This document shows positions 25,607-34,168 of a DNA stretch of 44,234 nucleotides, in pieces (the first letter of the stretch is position 1; each line of letters begins with the position of its first letter). Origin of the DNA: Escherichia phage vB_EcoS_CEB_EC3a. A program made the translations under genes and the position numbers. The stretch lies in the sequence record NC_047812.1. One strand, written 5' to 3'. Below the pieces are notes generated by a model. That model was not told the DNA's origin. It made no database searches and was given only the letters and a program-made list of their open reading frames with translations.

Positions 25607-26251
25607 TTTCTTTTCGAGTAACATCTTGATGTCAATGCCGAGATTATTTTCAATCAATCCAGTCAGTGCATCCGTCTTTTCTTTAAGGGCAAAACACTGA
25701 GCTTCATACTTAAATCTTTCCTCCATCTCGTCAGAGCGACTAACCCAGCACTGGCGAGCCTCGCAAGCCAGCATGTCGAGTTTTTCATCGGTATTCTTAT
25801 CCATGAGTAAGATCTCATTTATTCTTTGCTCTGCAACAATGCGCTGACTAAGGTGTGCATTTTGCGCATTAGCCACACCAAGCATCATTCGCACTTCTTT
25901 TAACTCATCAATGCTTACCATCTGGCTGATTACTTCTTCTTGTTTTTTAACTAATTGCTCAAGCTCATGAAGTCGACGGATAACTTTGTGTCGAAGCACG
26001 ACGCTGTAGCCAGTGATTAGCGTTTCGGTGAGTTCCTTGTTGAGTAAAATCTCAGATGTATAGCCTCGATTGTCTGTAAGTAGTTGATAATCATAATGAC
26101 CCAAATCTGGGGCATCGTTATAATGTAACAATTCATTGATCATTTCCTTTGTGTCGCGAACGACGTGATCATGACGTTTCCCGGTTAACTCTGCGATTTC
26201 CTTTGTGCTCATCATGGTTTTTGGTTGTTCTTTGTACAATTCAATGTTCAT
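25604..26251 (-). CDS. Rha-family phage regulatory protein (putative)
   Basis: N-terminal STKEIAELTGKRHDHVVRDTKEMI motif; start at ATG 26251 with AGAGAG RBS. Confidence 0.55.
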   Translation of the reverse strand: MNIELYKEQPKTMMSTKEIAELTGKRHDHVVRDTKEMINELLHYNDAPDLGHYDYQLLTDNRGYTSEILLNKELTETLITGYSVVLRHKVIRRLHELEQLVKKQEEVISQMVSIDELKEVRMMLGVANAQNAHLSQRIVAEQRINEILLMDKNTDEKLDMLACEARQCWVSRSDEMEERFKYEAQCFALKEKTDALTGLIENNLGIDIKMLLEKK

Positions 26252-26315
26252 TTTCATCTCTCTTTGGTTTTGTGATACGAAATTTTCGTAGCACAAGCAG
26301 CACCATTGCCGCCAT

Positions 26316-26366
26316 GCGCCTAAATATAACTAAAGATAGTCAGTTGTCTTTAGCAATTAGTGCTAT
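26316..26366 (-). promoter_or_regulatory. palindrome-promoter module, minus strand (TAGCACTAATTGCTAAA, -10 TATATT)
   Basis: Reverse complement shows palindrome 22 bp upstream of TATATT; upstream of Rha-like gene. Confidence 0.5.
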
Positions 26367-26379
26367 TTATCGCCAATTT

Positions 26380-26760
26380 CACCATAAATCACGGTTACAC
26401 GTAACCGATGTAACTCTATGTATACAATATCATCCGCGGAAAATGATATACGCGCTGTTACGCCAATTTACGCATTGGTTACATTAAAATATCTATATAT
26501 ATCAACCTTTTACTCTTATTATTATTATTATATATATTACTGTGTATATCATGTAACTACTTCTATAGAGTGTTCCGGTTATAATTTTAATATCATGTGG
26601 ATTTATACAGTATTGCGTGGCAACTATACCAACGCACCCTCAGCCAGGAATGGTATACACGATATACACGACGGTTACATTGAGCTATAGCTGGGCTGAG
26701 GTGCCCAAAAACGTAACGAGAGCTAATACCTACACGGAATTACGAGGATTCACACGTAAC
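26380..26760. promoter_or_regulatory. divergent regulatory region; AT-rich block (copy B) with ACGTAAC/GTTAC repeats including palindrome GGTTACACGTAACC
   Basis: Homologous to 90-345; palindrome at 26393-26406; (TTA)n and (TA)n runs; no convincing ORF. Confidence 0.55.
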
Positions 26761-26853
26761 TTTAAGTCAACGATTGGCAAAACCAATTGGACTTGTTGCG
26801 ATGCCGAATATATAGTTACCTCATCGAAAGCAAGCAACCAGAGAGATATAGAA

Positions 26854-27048
26854 ATGACCTACTACATTATCAAAGAGAAAAACAATGCACTGTTCGGCGA
26901 CTGCTACTTTGGCGGGCCTGCTGGATACACCACAGATAAGAATGAGGCAGACCGATTCGATACCAAAGAAGAAGCCAGAGATGTTCTGACCGGGTACTTC
27001 ACTGAGGAAGATTTGAAGTCTGTTAAAGTGGTTAAGGTCAAGGGGTAA
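26854..27048 (+). CDS. hypothetical small protein
   Basis: ORF preceded by TATAGTTACCTCATCGAAAG leader and AGAGAG RBS. Confidence 0.55.
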   Translation: MTYYIIKEKNNALFGDCYFGGPAGYTTDKNEADRFDTKEEARDVLTGYFTEEDLKSVKVVKVKG

Positions 27049-27051
27049 GTT

Positions 27052-28017
27052 ATGAGCTTTACTGTTTACACACGAGAAGAACTATCAAACTCTGAGTACC
27101 ACTCTGAGACTGATCACATCTCCGGTAGCTCGCTTGTCGAGATTATCCATGGTTCGCCAGCTAAGTGGAAATTCAAACAGCGCAATAATGATAGTAAGGC
27201 TCTTAAATTTGGCACGCTGTCACATACTTACATCCTAGAAGGTGACATGTTTGATAAAGAATTCCTTCGAGCCACAGACCTTGACGCGATTGAAGGCTTA
27301 ATTACAAGCCAGACCGGATTATCGGCAGCGCTGAAAAAAGTTGGCGTTGCTGGCACGTCTGGGAAGGGCTATAGCGAACTTGTAGAGATGATGTATCGCT
27401 CCGGTGAGGATTGGCCTGTTAAGTGGCTAATTGAACAGCAGGAGAGTGCTCAGGCGCTTGTGGAGGGTAGGGAGCTAGTTAGCGCGGCAGACTATGACAA
27501 AGTGGTGGCGATGCGTGAGGTTCTTTGTAATATTCCAGCATATAATGCAATAGTGAACAGCGAGACAGCGCAGAAAGAGCTATCAATCTTTGGTGAGATT
27601 CTCGGCGTCGGCGTGAAGATTCGAATTGACCACGTTGATGTTGTTGATGGTGTGGTGTGTATTACCGATCTGAAAACGACAGCCAGCGCATCACCTCAGG
27701 AGTTTGGGAGACTTGCATTCAAGCATGGGTATCTTGCAAAAATGGCTCTACAGCACGATGTTTTTGTTATGGCTTTTAATGAAAAAAGAAAAACAAAAGT
27801 AAGGCTACTTGCAATCGAGAAAGAGGAGCCTTACCTACCAATGCTTTACAACATTACAGAAGAGCAACTGAAGGTTGGTCGCAGAATGTATTTAGAGGCG
27901 CTTGCCACTTACAAAAAGTGCAAAGAGAATGATGTGTGGCCCGGTTATGCAATGGGCGCAACAGAGATCGACCTAGATGTTCCTGAGTGGGATATGAGGA
28001 AGTATAAAGAAATTTAA
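27052..28017 (+). CDS. recombination exonuclease, PD-(D/E)XK family (putative)
   Basis: IDHVDVVDGVVCITDLKTT resembles D..(D/E)xK nuclease core; precedes Erf and SSB. Confidence 0.6.
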   Translation: MSFTVYTREELSNSEYHSETDHISGSSLVEIIHGSPAKWKFKQRNNDSKALKFGTLSHTYILEGDMFDKEFLRATDLDAIEGLITSQTGLSAALKKVGVAGTSGKGYSELVEMMYRSGEDWPVKWLIEQQESAQALVEGRELVSAADYDKVVAMREVLCNIPAYNAIVNSETAQKELSIFGEILGVGVKIRIDHVDVVDGVVCITDLKTTASASPQEFGRLAFKHGYLAKMALQHDVFVMAFNEKRKTKVRLLAIEKEEPYLPMLYNITEEQLKVGRRMYLEALATYKKCKENDVWPGYAMGATEIDLDVPEWDMRKYKEI

Positions 28018-28018
28018 A

Positions 28019-28061
28019 TAGCACGAATCGCTAAAGACAAAATTAAAAGGTGGGGTATGAT
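28019..28061 (+). promoter_or_regulatory. palindrome-promoter module (TAGCACGAATCGCTAAA, -10 TATGAT 28056-28061)
   Basis: Motif family member; 20 bp spacing. Confidence 0.55.
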
Positions 28062-28090
28062 TACCCAATCAACAACGAACGAGGTTAAAG

Positions 28091-28741
28091 ATGCAAATTT
28101 CAGAATCATGCAAATCAATTTTAAACGCGCTACACACTGCCAAGTCGCTATTTGCGAAGGCTGAAAAGTCGAAGCAGAACTCGCACCTAAAGAACAGATA
28201 CAGTACTCTTGATGATGTTCTTGCTGCTGTGGAGCCTGGCCTTGAAGAATGTGGTCTTGTAATGTTTCAGAGCGTAATTGATAGCGAAGATACTGGACTA
28301 TTAAAGGTTGAGACAAAGTTATTCCATGCGGAGTCAGGTGAGTGGGTTAGCTTCTTAATGATTGTCCCAATCAGCAAGAATGACGCTCAAGGTTACGGAT
28401 CAGCATTAACATACGCTCGACGTTACGGAATCACAGCGGCATTAGGACTTAGCCAGGCAGATGATGATGGAAATCTTGCAGCGAAGGGTGTTAAGGACTT
28501 TAAGCGAGAACTTGAGAAGTGCAATACTCTTGATGAGCTTCGCAATGTCTGGAAAGATGCTAAGCAATCACTTGATGCGGCAGGATGGAAGGTCTTTGAA
28601 CCTCATATTATCGAGCGCAAAGCAGAGATAGAGGCTAATGCAGCAACTGGCTTCAACCCGGCAACACCAAAGAAAGTTGCAGAAAAAAGTAGTCCTGAAG
28701 AAAAGATTGAAGTAGAATCACAACAAATCGACACATTCTAA
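28091..28741 (+). CDS. ERF-family single-strand annealing protein (putative)
   Basis: GSALTYARRYGITAALGL segment typical of Erf-type recombinases (by recall); adjacent to SSB. Confidence 0.6.
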   Translation: MQISESCKSILNALHTAKSLFAKAEKSKQNSHLKNRYSTLDDVLAAVEPGLEECGLVMFQSVIDSEDTGLLKVETKLFHAESGEWVSFLMIVPISKNDAQGYGSALTYARRYGITAALGLSQADDDGNLAAKGVKDFKRELEKCNTLDELRNVWKDAKQSLDAAGWKVFEPHIIERKAEIEANAATGFNPATPKKVAEKSSPEEKIEVESQQIDTF

Positions 28742-28785
28742 ATTTTACGGGGCTACGGCACCAAACCAACAGAGAGATATAAAAC

Positions 28786-29217
28786 ATGCACGTAATTACT
28801 GGTCAGATTCGACGCGCTCCATTCACTAAGGAAGGTCAGAATGCTAATGGTACCTGGAAAATGTTCGCGGTTGATTTGAGTGAGCGATACAAAGATAAAG
28901 ATGGTCAGACTCAGTATAATAACTATCGCGCCGTCTTTTTCGCTAAAGAGTCAATGCTAGATTGGTACAATGAGGCATTTCAAGAGGGTAAAGTTGTTAG
29001 CGTTAGCGCTGAAAGTTTATCTGTAGATGTTCGTGACAAAGATGGTAAAACATACGTAACCATTAATATGAATAATCCACGACTTGAGTTTAGCCAGCGT
29101 GGCGATGGTGGTGGTCAACAACGGCAACAGCAGCGTCATCAGCCACAACAACCACAGCAACAGCAACAGCAACAACCGAAGCAGCAACAGAACTTCGAAG
29201 ATGATATTCCTTTCTAA
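28786..29217 (+). CDS. ssb: single-stranded DNA-binding protein
   Basis: C-terminal acidic tail ...FEDDIPF identical in type to bacterial SSB tip; Gln-rich linker. Confidence 0.85.
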   Translation: MHVITGQIRRAPFTKEGQNANGTWKMFAVDLSERYKDKDGQTQYNNYRAVFFAKESMLDWYNEAFQEGKVVSVSAESLSVDVRDKDGKTYVTINMNNPRLEFSQRGDGGGQQRQQQRHQPQQPQQQQQQQPKQQQNFEDDIPF

Positions 29218-29223
29218 AGAAAA

Positions 29224-29245
29224 GGCCCCTTTCGGGGCCTTTTTT
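29224..29245. terminator. bidirectional intrinsic terminator
   Basis: GGCCCCTTTCGGGGCC hairpin flanked by A-run and T-run. Confidence 0.8.
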
Positions 29246-32054
29246 ATGAAGCTGTATTTACCTGAAGATATGCACCATTAGTTGCACCAAACCATGCGTA
29301 AGCAGATCCGTAAGTTGTTGGGTTATCATTTAAGATGAAGTCACCCGCTCTAATTACGCACTTTTCTCCATATTTATCAGTTGGCCTTGCACTAAAACCA
29401 TAATCAACATATCTAAAACCAACCTTCGTTACGTTCTTGTTAAGAGGAAAAATCCTTAAGAAGCTAGAAGCCCTAAAGTCATTATTCCTGAAAATTCCTC
29501 CTGTAAAGTTATCCATATCAAACATTGTGGTTAAACTTGAAGCAACAGTATTCATGAACTTGTTGCCTTCATATGTCGGAGCTACTACTTCATAGCCAAC
29601 TCTTAGCTGAACAAATCCTCCATCAAGAATATTGTCCTTAATTGTTGGGTACTGACCGCCGATTGATAACGCCCCAAAGCCAGGTGTAAATTTGCAACTA
29701 TTATTACTAAATATAGTACCAACCCAACCCTGATTTGTAATATATGGCGCTTTCGTGTCTGTCATGGTGTTTCCGGTGATAATCAATCCATTCTTAGCCT
29801 GGACTCCCTCCTGGTAGCCCTGAATCGCTACTCCACCACCAATCATAATGTTATCAGCGATAAGAATATTACTTAGACCTTCGTTAACACCCCAATCACT
29901 TTCTGAATCATTTGTTATCAGTAAGTAGTGAGAAGAAGCCCTGCCAGTAGCGTCTGTAGTTATGATGCTTGTATTCCCTTTGCATATAACATTGTTTGCC
30001 GCAAAAACCTCAACAAATATACCAGAGCCTTCGTAGTAGTTATCAGTAACCGTTATGTTATTGCCAGCAGGCGTTATACGTGACTGGATAGATATTGGAT
30101 AATAGAACTTGTTGGCGTGAGCATAAGACCTTTTGCTTTTTTCGGATATTGCATAATCCTCCGCGAAAGTGTGCCATGCCCTTCCTGACTGTTTTGTTGT
30201 GTTTCCGATAAACTCTGAGTAGTCACAGTTTCTTGTGAGTAAGCAGTAGTTAGCGTTGTATCTGAAGTTTGAATCTCTAAGAGATACGAATGCATTAGAC
30301 AAACCATTAAGAGCATCGGCATTAACAAAGGCCCTCGAGGCATTAACCTCCATACGCTCAATCAAAACTGATGCGCATCCTTCAACCATAAATCCAAACC
30401 AGTCTTCTCTTGGTTTATGCGTTGTATCTAATGGTTGGATTGAGTAATCTGAAAAGTCACTATTCCAGTTGAGGCCGCTAGCTTTAAGTGTGCAATTCTT
30501 TGCGCCGAAAACAACCCTCTCAGGTGATGAACTTCCAGATATATCGATCTCAACATCATTATTGGCAAAAATATCAACATTAAGGCCATTAATGAAGAAT
30601 GCCGTCTTCCTTAATACGTTGTACTTATCATTGTACTGAATATCAGTGGAGAATGAGACTTTCAGTCTTCCAGCGCTAATTCTTACCTTCCTGTTTGTAT
30701 TGTGACCAAGGTTTATACATGCCATAACCGAGGCGTTTGATTCATTAACTCCAGACACATCATGACCAGCCCATTCGGTATGGATATCATCAACACCTCC
30801 CGTAAACCTAACCCAGCAACCATTTTCACCTGGTGATGTCTCACCCGCTCCGCTAAGGAAGTCTGAAAGCGTGGAATATGTACCATCAAATGGAACCGTT
30901 GGGCTAAAAACAGTAATCCCGTTATGTTCGCTCTTACTTACTAATGGACTCCAGTAGAACAGACCGCCACCAGAGTTTGATCCAGAAATGTAAGACCTTA
31001 CATTTGCTAAATTTTTATTCTCATTTGTTTGTTTGATTAGTTCGTAAATTGAATCAACTGAAGATAGTCCTAAATTACTCCTGGCAAGGCTTTTATCCGC
31101 AACATCAGAGAAATTCAATGATTTTTGAAAAGTCTCATTTTTTGAGTAAACATCAAGTAAACCTCTTACTCGCTGGGCGTTAGCGCCTCCAGCTTCATTT
31201 CCGCCAGGCAAGTAGATTGACTCTCTAACATAGTAATTCCTAACACCACCGGAAGTATTGTAACTGATGTGATAACGTCTAAAGTTGCCATCGATACCGG
31301 TGTAGGTTGACACTTGAATATTTCTTGATCCAGTCCCAGTTGCTCCGCCCTCTACAGATATAACAAGCGTAGCATTGCTTGGTACTTTTAATGCTTCTGG
31401 TGCATTTGTGCAAGCAGAGAAAGCAACCCTATAATGACCGCCAACAACAAAATTAAAAGTTTGGAAATCAAGTTCACTTAAAATATTGCTACCATTACCG
31501 ATACCCCAACCAGAAAGTGTAACTAGTGTTCCAGCATCACCAGCACTATTAATTGCCTCAATAGTAGCATCTCTCGCTGATGTGGTTGTATCTCTTGCAC
31601 TAACGGCAGTAGCTGCGCTCTCTGCGGCAGCAATCTGGCTAGCTAAAGCATCCGCTGCTCCTTGCACTGACTGGCTTGCCAATTGCTCAAAGCGAGGCCA
31701 ATCAAAAGAATCCTGACCAATGAAATCAATCAGGCTCTGAATGCTAGTTTCCCTACTCTGATAATAACGAAGTGTCTCCGCTACATTTTGAGCTAAACCC
31801 TGAACACTAATACCATCATGTGCAAGGATTGCATAACCAGTGCCAGCGGGAACGGTTTCACCATTAGGGTTGTATACAGCCATTGATGTGTCGCTGGTGA
31901 TTTCAGAGATAGTGTAAATCTGTACTGGCTCCGTTTTAAACACTAAAGTAGCACCAACGCGAATAAGTGTTAGTGGCATGGTCCATTGAGTGCCAACTCC
32001 AGTAACCTGACCGTTCGCTGCTAAACTGGCAGTGCCAGTATCATAAATTGCCAT
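29244..32054 (-). CDS. tailspike / side tail fiber with parallel beta-helix (putative polysaccharide depolymerase)
   Basis: 936 aa; repeated beta-helix-like motifs (NNVICKGNTSIITTD, NILIADNIMIGGG, IITGNTMTD, IKDNILDGG); start at ATG 32054 with GGAGAC RBS. Confidence 0.7.
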   Translation of the reverse strand: MAIYDTGTASLAANGQVTGVGTQWTMPLTLIRVGATLVFKTEPVQIYTISEITSDTSMAVYNPNGETVPAGTGYAILAHDGISVQGLAQNVAETLRYYQSRETSIQSLIDFIGQDSFDWPRFEQLASQSVQGAADALASQIAAAESAATAVSARDTTTSARDATIEAINSAGDAGTLVTLSGWGIGNGSNILSELDFQTFNFVVGGHYRVAFSACTNAPEALKVPSNATLVISVEGGATGTGSRNIQVSTYTGIDGNFRRYHISYNTSGGVRNYYVRESIYLPGGNEAGGANAQRVRGLLDVYSKNETFQKSLNFSDVADKSLARSNLGLSSVDSIYELIKQTNENKNLANVRSYISGSNSGGGLFYWSPLVSKSEHNGITVFSPTVPFDGTYSTLSDFLSGAGETSPGENGCWVRFTGGVDDIHTEWAGHDVSGVNESNASVMACINLGHNTNRKVRISAGRLKVSFSTDIQYNDKYNVLRKTAFFINGLNVDIFANNDVEIDISGSSSPERVVFGAKNCTLKASGLNWNSDFSDYSIQPLDTTHKPREDWFGFMVEGCASVLIERMEVNASRAFVNADALNGLSNAFVSLRDSNFRYNANYCLLTRNCDYSEFIGNTTKQSGRAWHTFAEDYAISEKSKRSYAHANKFYYPISIQSRITPAGNNITVTDNYYEGSGIFVEVFAANNVICKGNTSIITTDATGRASSHYLLITNDSESDWGVNEGLSNILIADNIMIGGGVAIQGYQEGVQAKNGLIITGNTMTDTKAPYITNQGWVGTIFSNNSCKFTPGFGALSIGGQYPTIKDNILDGGFVQLRVGYEVVAPTYEGNKFMNTVASSLTTMFDMDNFTGGIFRNNDFRASSFLRIFPLNKNVTKVGFRYVDYGFSARPTDKYGEKCVIRAGDFILNDNPTTYGSAYAWFGATNGAYLQVNTAS

Positions 32055-32078
32055 TGTGTAAAGTCTCCATTTGTAAAG

Positions 32079-32095
32079 TAGCACTAATTGCTAAA
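32079..32095 (+). promoter_or_regulatory. palindrome TAGCACTAATTGCTAAA in + orientation between two minus-strand genes
   Basis: Motif family member; possible downstream -10 TGTATAAAA at 32119-32127 would read antisense into primase gene. Confidence 0.4.
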
Positions 32096-32120
32096 GTGGA
32101 TTGTATCATCTTTCATGTAT

Positions 32121-32143
32121 AAAAAAACCTCCCGAAGGAGGTT
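32121..32143 (-). terminator. intrinsic terminator (minus strand) after primase gene
   Basis: Reverse complement AACCTCCTTCGGGAGGTT + T7. Confidence 0.75.
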
Positions 32144-33065
32144 AGTCTAGTAATTCGCTTGCTTTGTATATTCGCTTTCTTATGCCTGACTTGAAAAAAT
32201 TATCATCATTTGGCATTACCACATCAAGATTGCGATCGTCAGCAACAGCGAGTAAATCAAAATCGTGGCGAGTACAAGCGACGCGTAACTTGTAGTTTCT
32301 AAGCGCATAAGCAACCATTTCCATGTTGTAGCTGGAGTGGCAAACAAGCACACAGCGGTTGCCAGTAGCAATGTGAACGCGATAGCCGTCAATGAGATTA
32401 TCGACCAGATAAGCGTACTCATCATCTTTAAAGGCGCCAATAATAGAAACAGACTGGCGAGTATAATCTTTTGCAGCATAGCTAACATCTCCATCTTCAT
32501 TGATAAACATTACATTGCACATATCATCTGATATGCCGTCACTATAAGCCATAAAGCACGGTACTGCGTGTATTAGTTCGCCTGATTTAGTCCTGCCAAC
32601 ATCAAAACCAAATTCGCTATAGATACCCTCGTATATACTGAGCGGTGTTGATTCTACTCTTTCCGTCCTTTCCATTATCTCAAGGCATCTTTCGTGGTCA
32701 ATCTGCGCGCCCATTTTATAAAGCTTAGTTCTTGATGCTTGCTTGTTTGCCTTAACTATAACCTCAATTGGTGTTAAGTTCAGCCAGTCACCAAGCAAAT
32801 TCACTGAATCGGCGAAGGACGATCCAGTGCACTTCATGACCCATCCTATACCTGAGTCACTTCCGCATTTCGAACAAACTGCCGCGCCATTTCCTTTTTC
32901 ACTGCCTATTTCGTCGGTAAATCTGAATCTGTCAGTGCCAAGGCAGTATGGGCATGGTCCGTGCTTCTTACTTAGGTGTCTATCATTCCAACCAAGTTCC
33001 TTTGCATAAAATAATTTCCACAATCCGGCCATCTTAGGTATAACTTCATTCTTATCGTAATTCAT
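32142..33065 (-). CDS. DNA primase (zinc-ribbon containing)
   Basis: Cys motif CPYC...CSKC near N-terminus; adjacent to helicase region. Confidence 0.6.
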   Translation of the reverse strand: MNYDKNEVIPKMAGLWKLFYAKELGWNDRHLSKKHGPCPYCLGTDRFRFTDEIGSEKGNGAAVCSKCGSDSGIGWVMKCTGSSFADSVNLLGDWLNLTPIEVIVKANKQASRTKLYKMGAQIDHERCLEIMERTERVESTPLSIYEGIYSEFGFDVGRTKSGELIHAVPCFMAYSDGISDDMCNVMFINEDGDVSYAAKDYTRQSVSIIGAFKDDEYAYLVDNLIDGYRVHIATGNRCVLVCHSSYNMEMVAYALRNYKLRVACTRHDFDLLAVADDRNLDVVMPNDDNFFKSGIRKRIYKASELLD

Positions 33066-33541
33066 TTGCTTAACCCGTGATTTTCGTGAAAGTTGTATTT
33101 TCTCTCTGCTTCAATTCTTACTTTATACGCCTGCTCTGGAGTATCGAAGTTCCCAAGGTGTAGCTGCTTACCGTCAACCTTGATGTGAGCCTTAAATTTT
33201 CCGTGATTTAGCTTTGCCACTCCACAATAACCAGTTGTTGATAAAACGCTAAGCTTGCAATTTCTTGAGTTACCTTGATTTGTTGTTACTCTTAGGTTTT
33301 CTATTCTGTTATCTAATTTGTTATGGTTTATATGATCAATGTAGTCGCCATTTTTAAGTTCTCCATTAAACATCTCCCACACAACTCTATGTACATAAGT
33401 CCTAAAGCCATTAACAGACACTTTGTAATAGCCAGATGTAGATAGTGAGTTGCACTCATCGCCAACCTTAACACGTCTTGCAGTGCTAATCTTCCAATGC
33501 AATTTGCCATCTACATAGTAAAAATAATCATGCCAGTTCAT
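33062..33541 (-). CDS. HNH homing endonuclease with AP2-like DNA-binding domain
   Basis: DYIDHINHNKLDNRIENLR HNH motif; GYCGVAK...GKQLHLGNFDT AP2-like segment. Confidence 0.8.
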   Translation of the reverse strand: MNWHDYFYYVDGKLHWKISTARRVKVGDECNSLSTSGYYKVSVNGFRTYVHRVVWEMFNGELKNGDYIDHINHNKLDNRIENLRVTTNQGNSRNCKLSVLSTTGYCGVAKLNHGKFKAHIKVDGKQLHLGNFDTPEQAYKVRIEAERKYNFHENHGLSK

Positions 33542-33556
33542 TTTCTTCTCTCCAAT

Positions 33557-33587
33557 AAAAAAAGGATGTACCGATTATGGCACATCC
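33557..33587 (-). terminator. intrinsic terminator (minus strand)
   Basis: GGATGTACCGATTATGGCACATCC hairpin preceded on + strand by A7 (T-run on minus). Confidence 0.6.
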
Positions 33588-33593
33588 AATTAT

Positions 33594-34067
33594 TTACTCT
33601 TTAGCTTTTCGTGCGGCTTCGTTAGCTGCCTTGATCTTTCGCCATGAGCGACACTCTGGTTTAGTTGCTAGCTCAGCCTCAGTAACAACACGCAGCATAT
33701 GACGCTTCTTGCAACGTAGAGTTAGCGGTTTCCCGTTACCGTCGAATTGCAGATCTGGTCGGCAGAATGTAGCGCGAAAACCTTCTCCATTTCGCTTATA
33801 GTAGTTGTGCGACAGCTGGGCGCCGCGCGCAGAAATCATCCCACGCTTAAACCATTCTTCTACAGCCTGAGGTGTCACCTTTAACTGCTTTGCGATATTT
33901 GCCTTTGTGCCGAAGAAATCAAGAACAATCTCCAACCGTGCGCGCAACCCAGCCCTTACCTCGTCTTTTAAAACGTAGTAGCCTGAAGGTCGTTTCCGTT
34001 GTTTTTTGTCTTCAGTACGAATGGTTCCGTTGTTCCCGTTAATTGTTCGCTTGTCTACTGCATTCAT
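33594..34067 (-). CDS. putative HTH DNA-binding regulator
   Basis: Basic protein with helix-turn-helix-like NIAKQLKVTPQAVEEWFKRG segment; divergent from helicase gene. Confidence 0.4.
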   Translation of the reverse strand: MNAVDKRTINGNNGTIRTEDKKQRKRPSGYYVLKDEVRAGLRARLEIVLDFFGTKANIAKQLKVTPQAVEEWFKRGMISARGAQLSHNYYKRNGEGFRATFCRPDLQFDGNGKPLTLRCKKRHMLRVVTEAELATKPECRSWRKIKAANEAARKAKE

Positions 34068-34168
34068 TTCATTACCTCAATAGCATTTTTTGTTAAAAGT
34101 CATTCCGATTTAATGTTATTATTGTACTCAATTAAACGCTACAAGACAATTTTTATAGGAATTTAGAT

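Noticed and set aside
26418-26690. 90-aa ORF (and overlapping ORF 26149-26487) in the divergent regulatory region
   Set aside because: Encoded by the repeat block (poly-Y/I from TAT/ATT repeats); no RBS; overlaps promoter elements
32055-32084. N-terminal extension of tailspike ORF from GTG at 32084
   Set aside because: GTG lies inside the palindrome motif; ATG 32054 has a GGAGAC RBS at proper spacing
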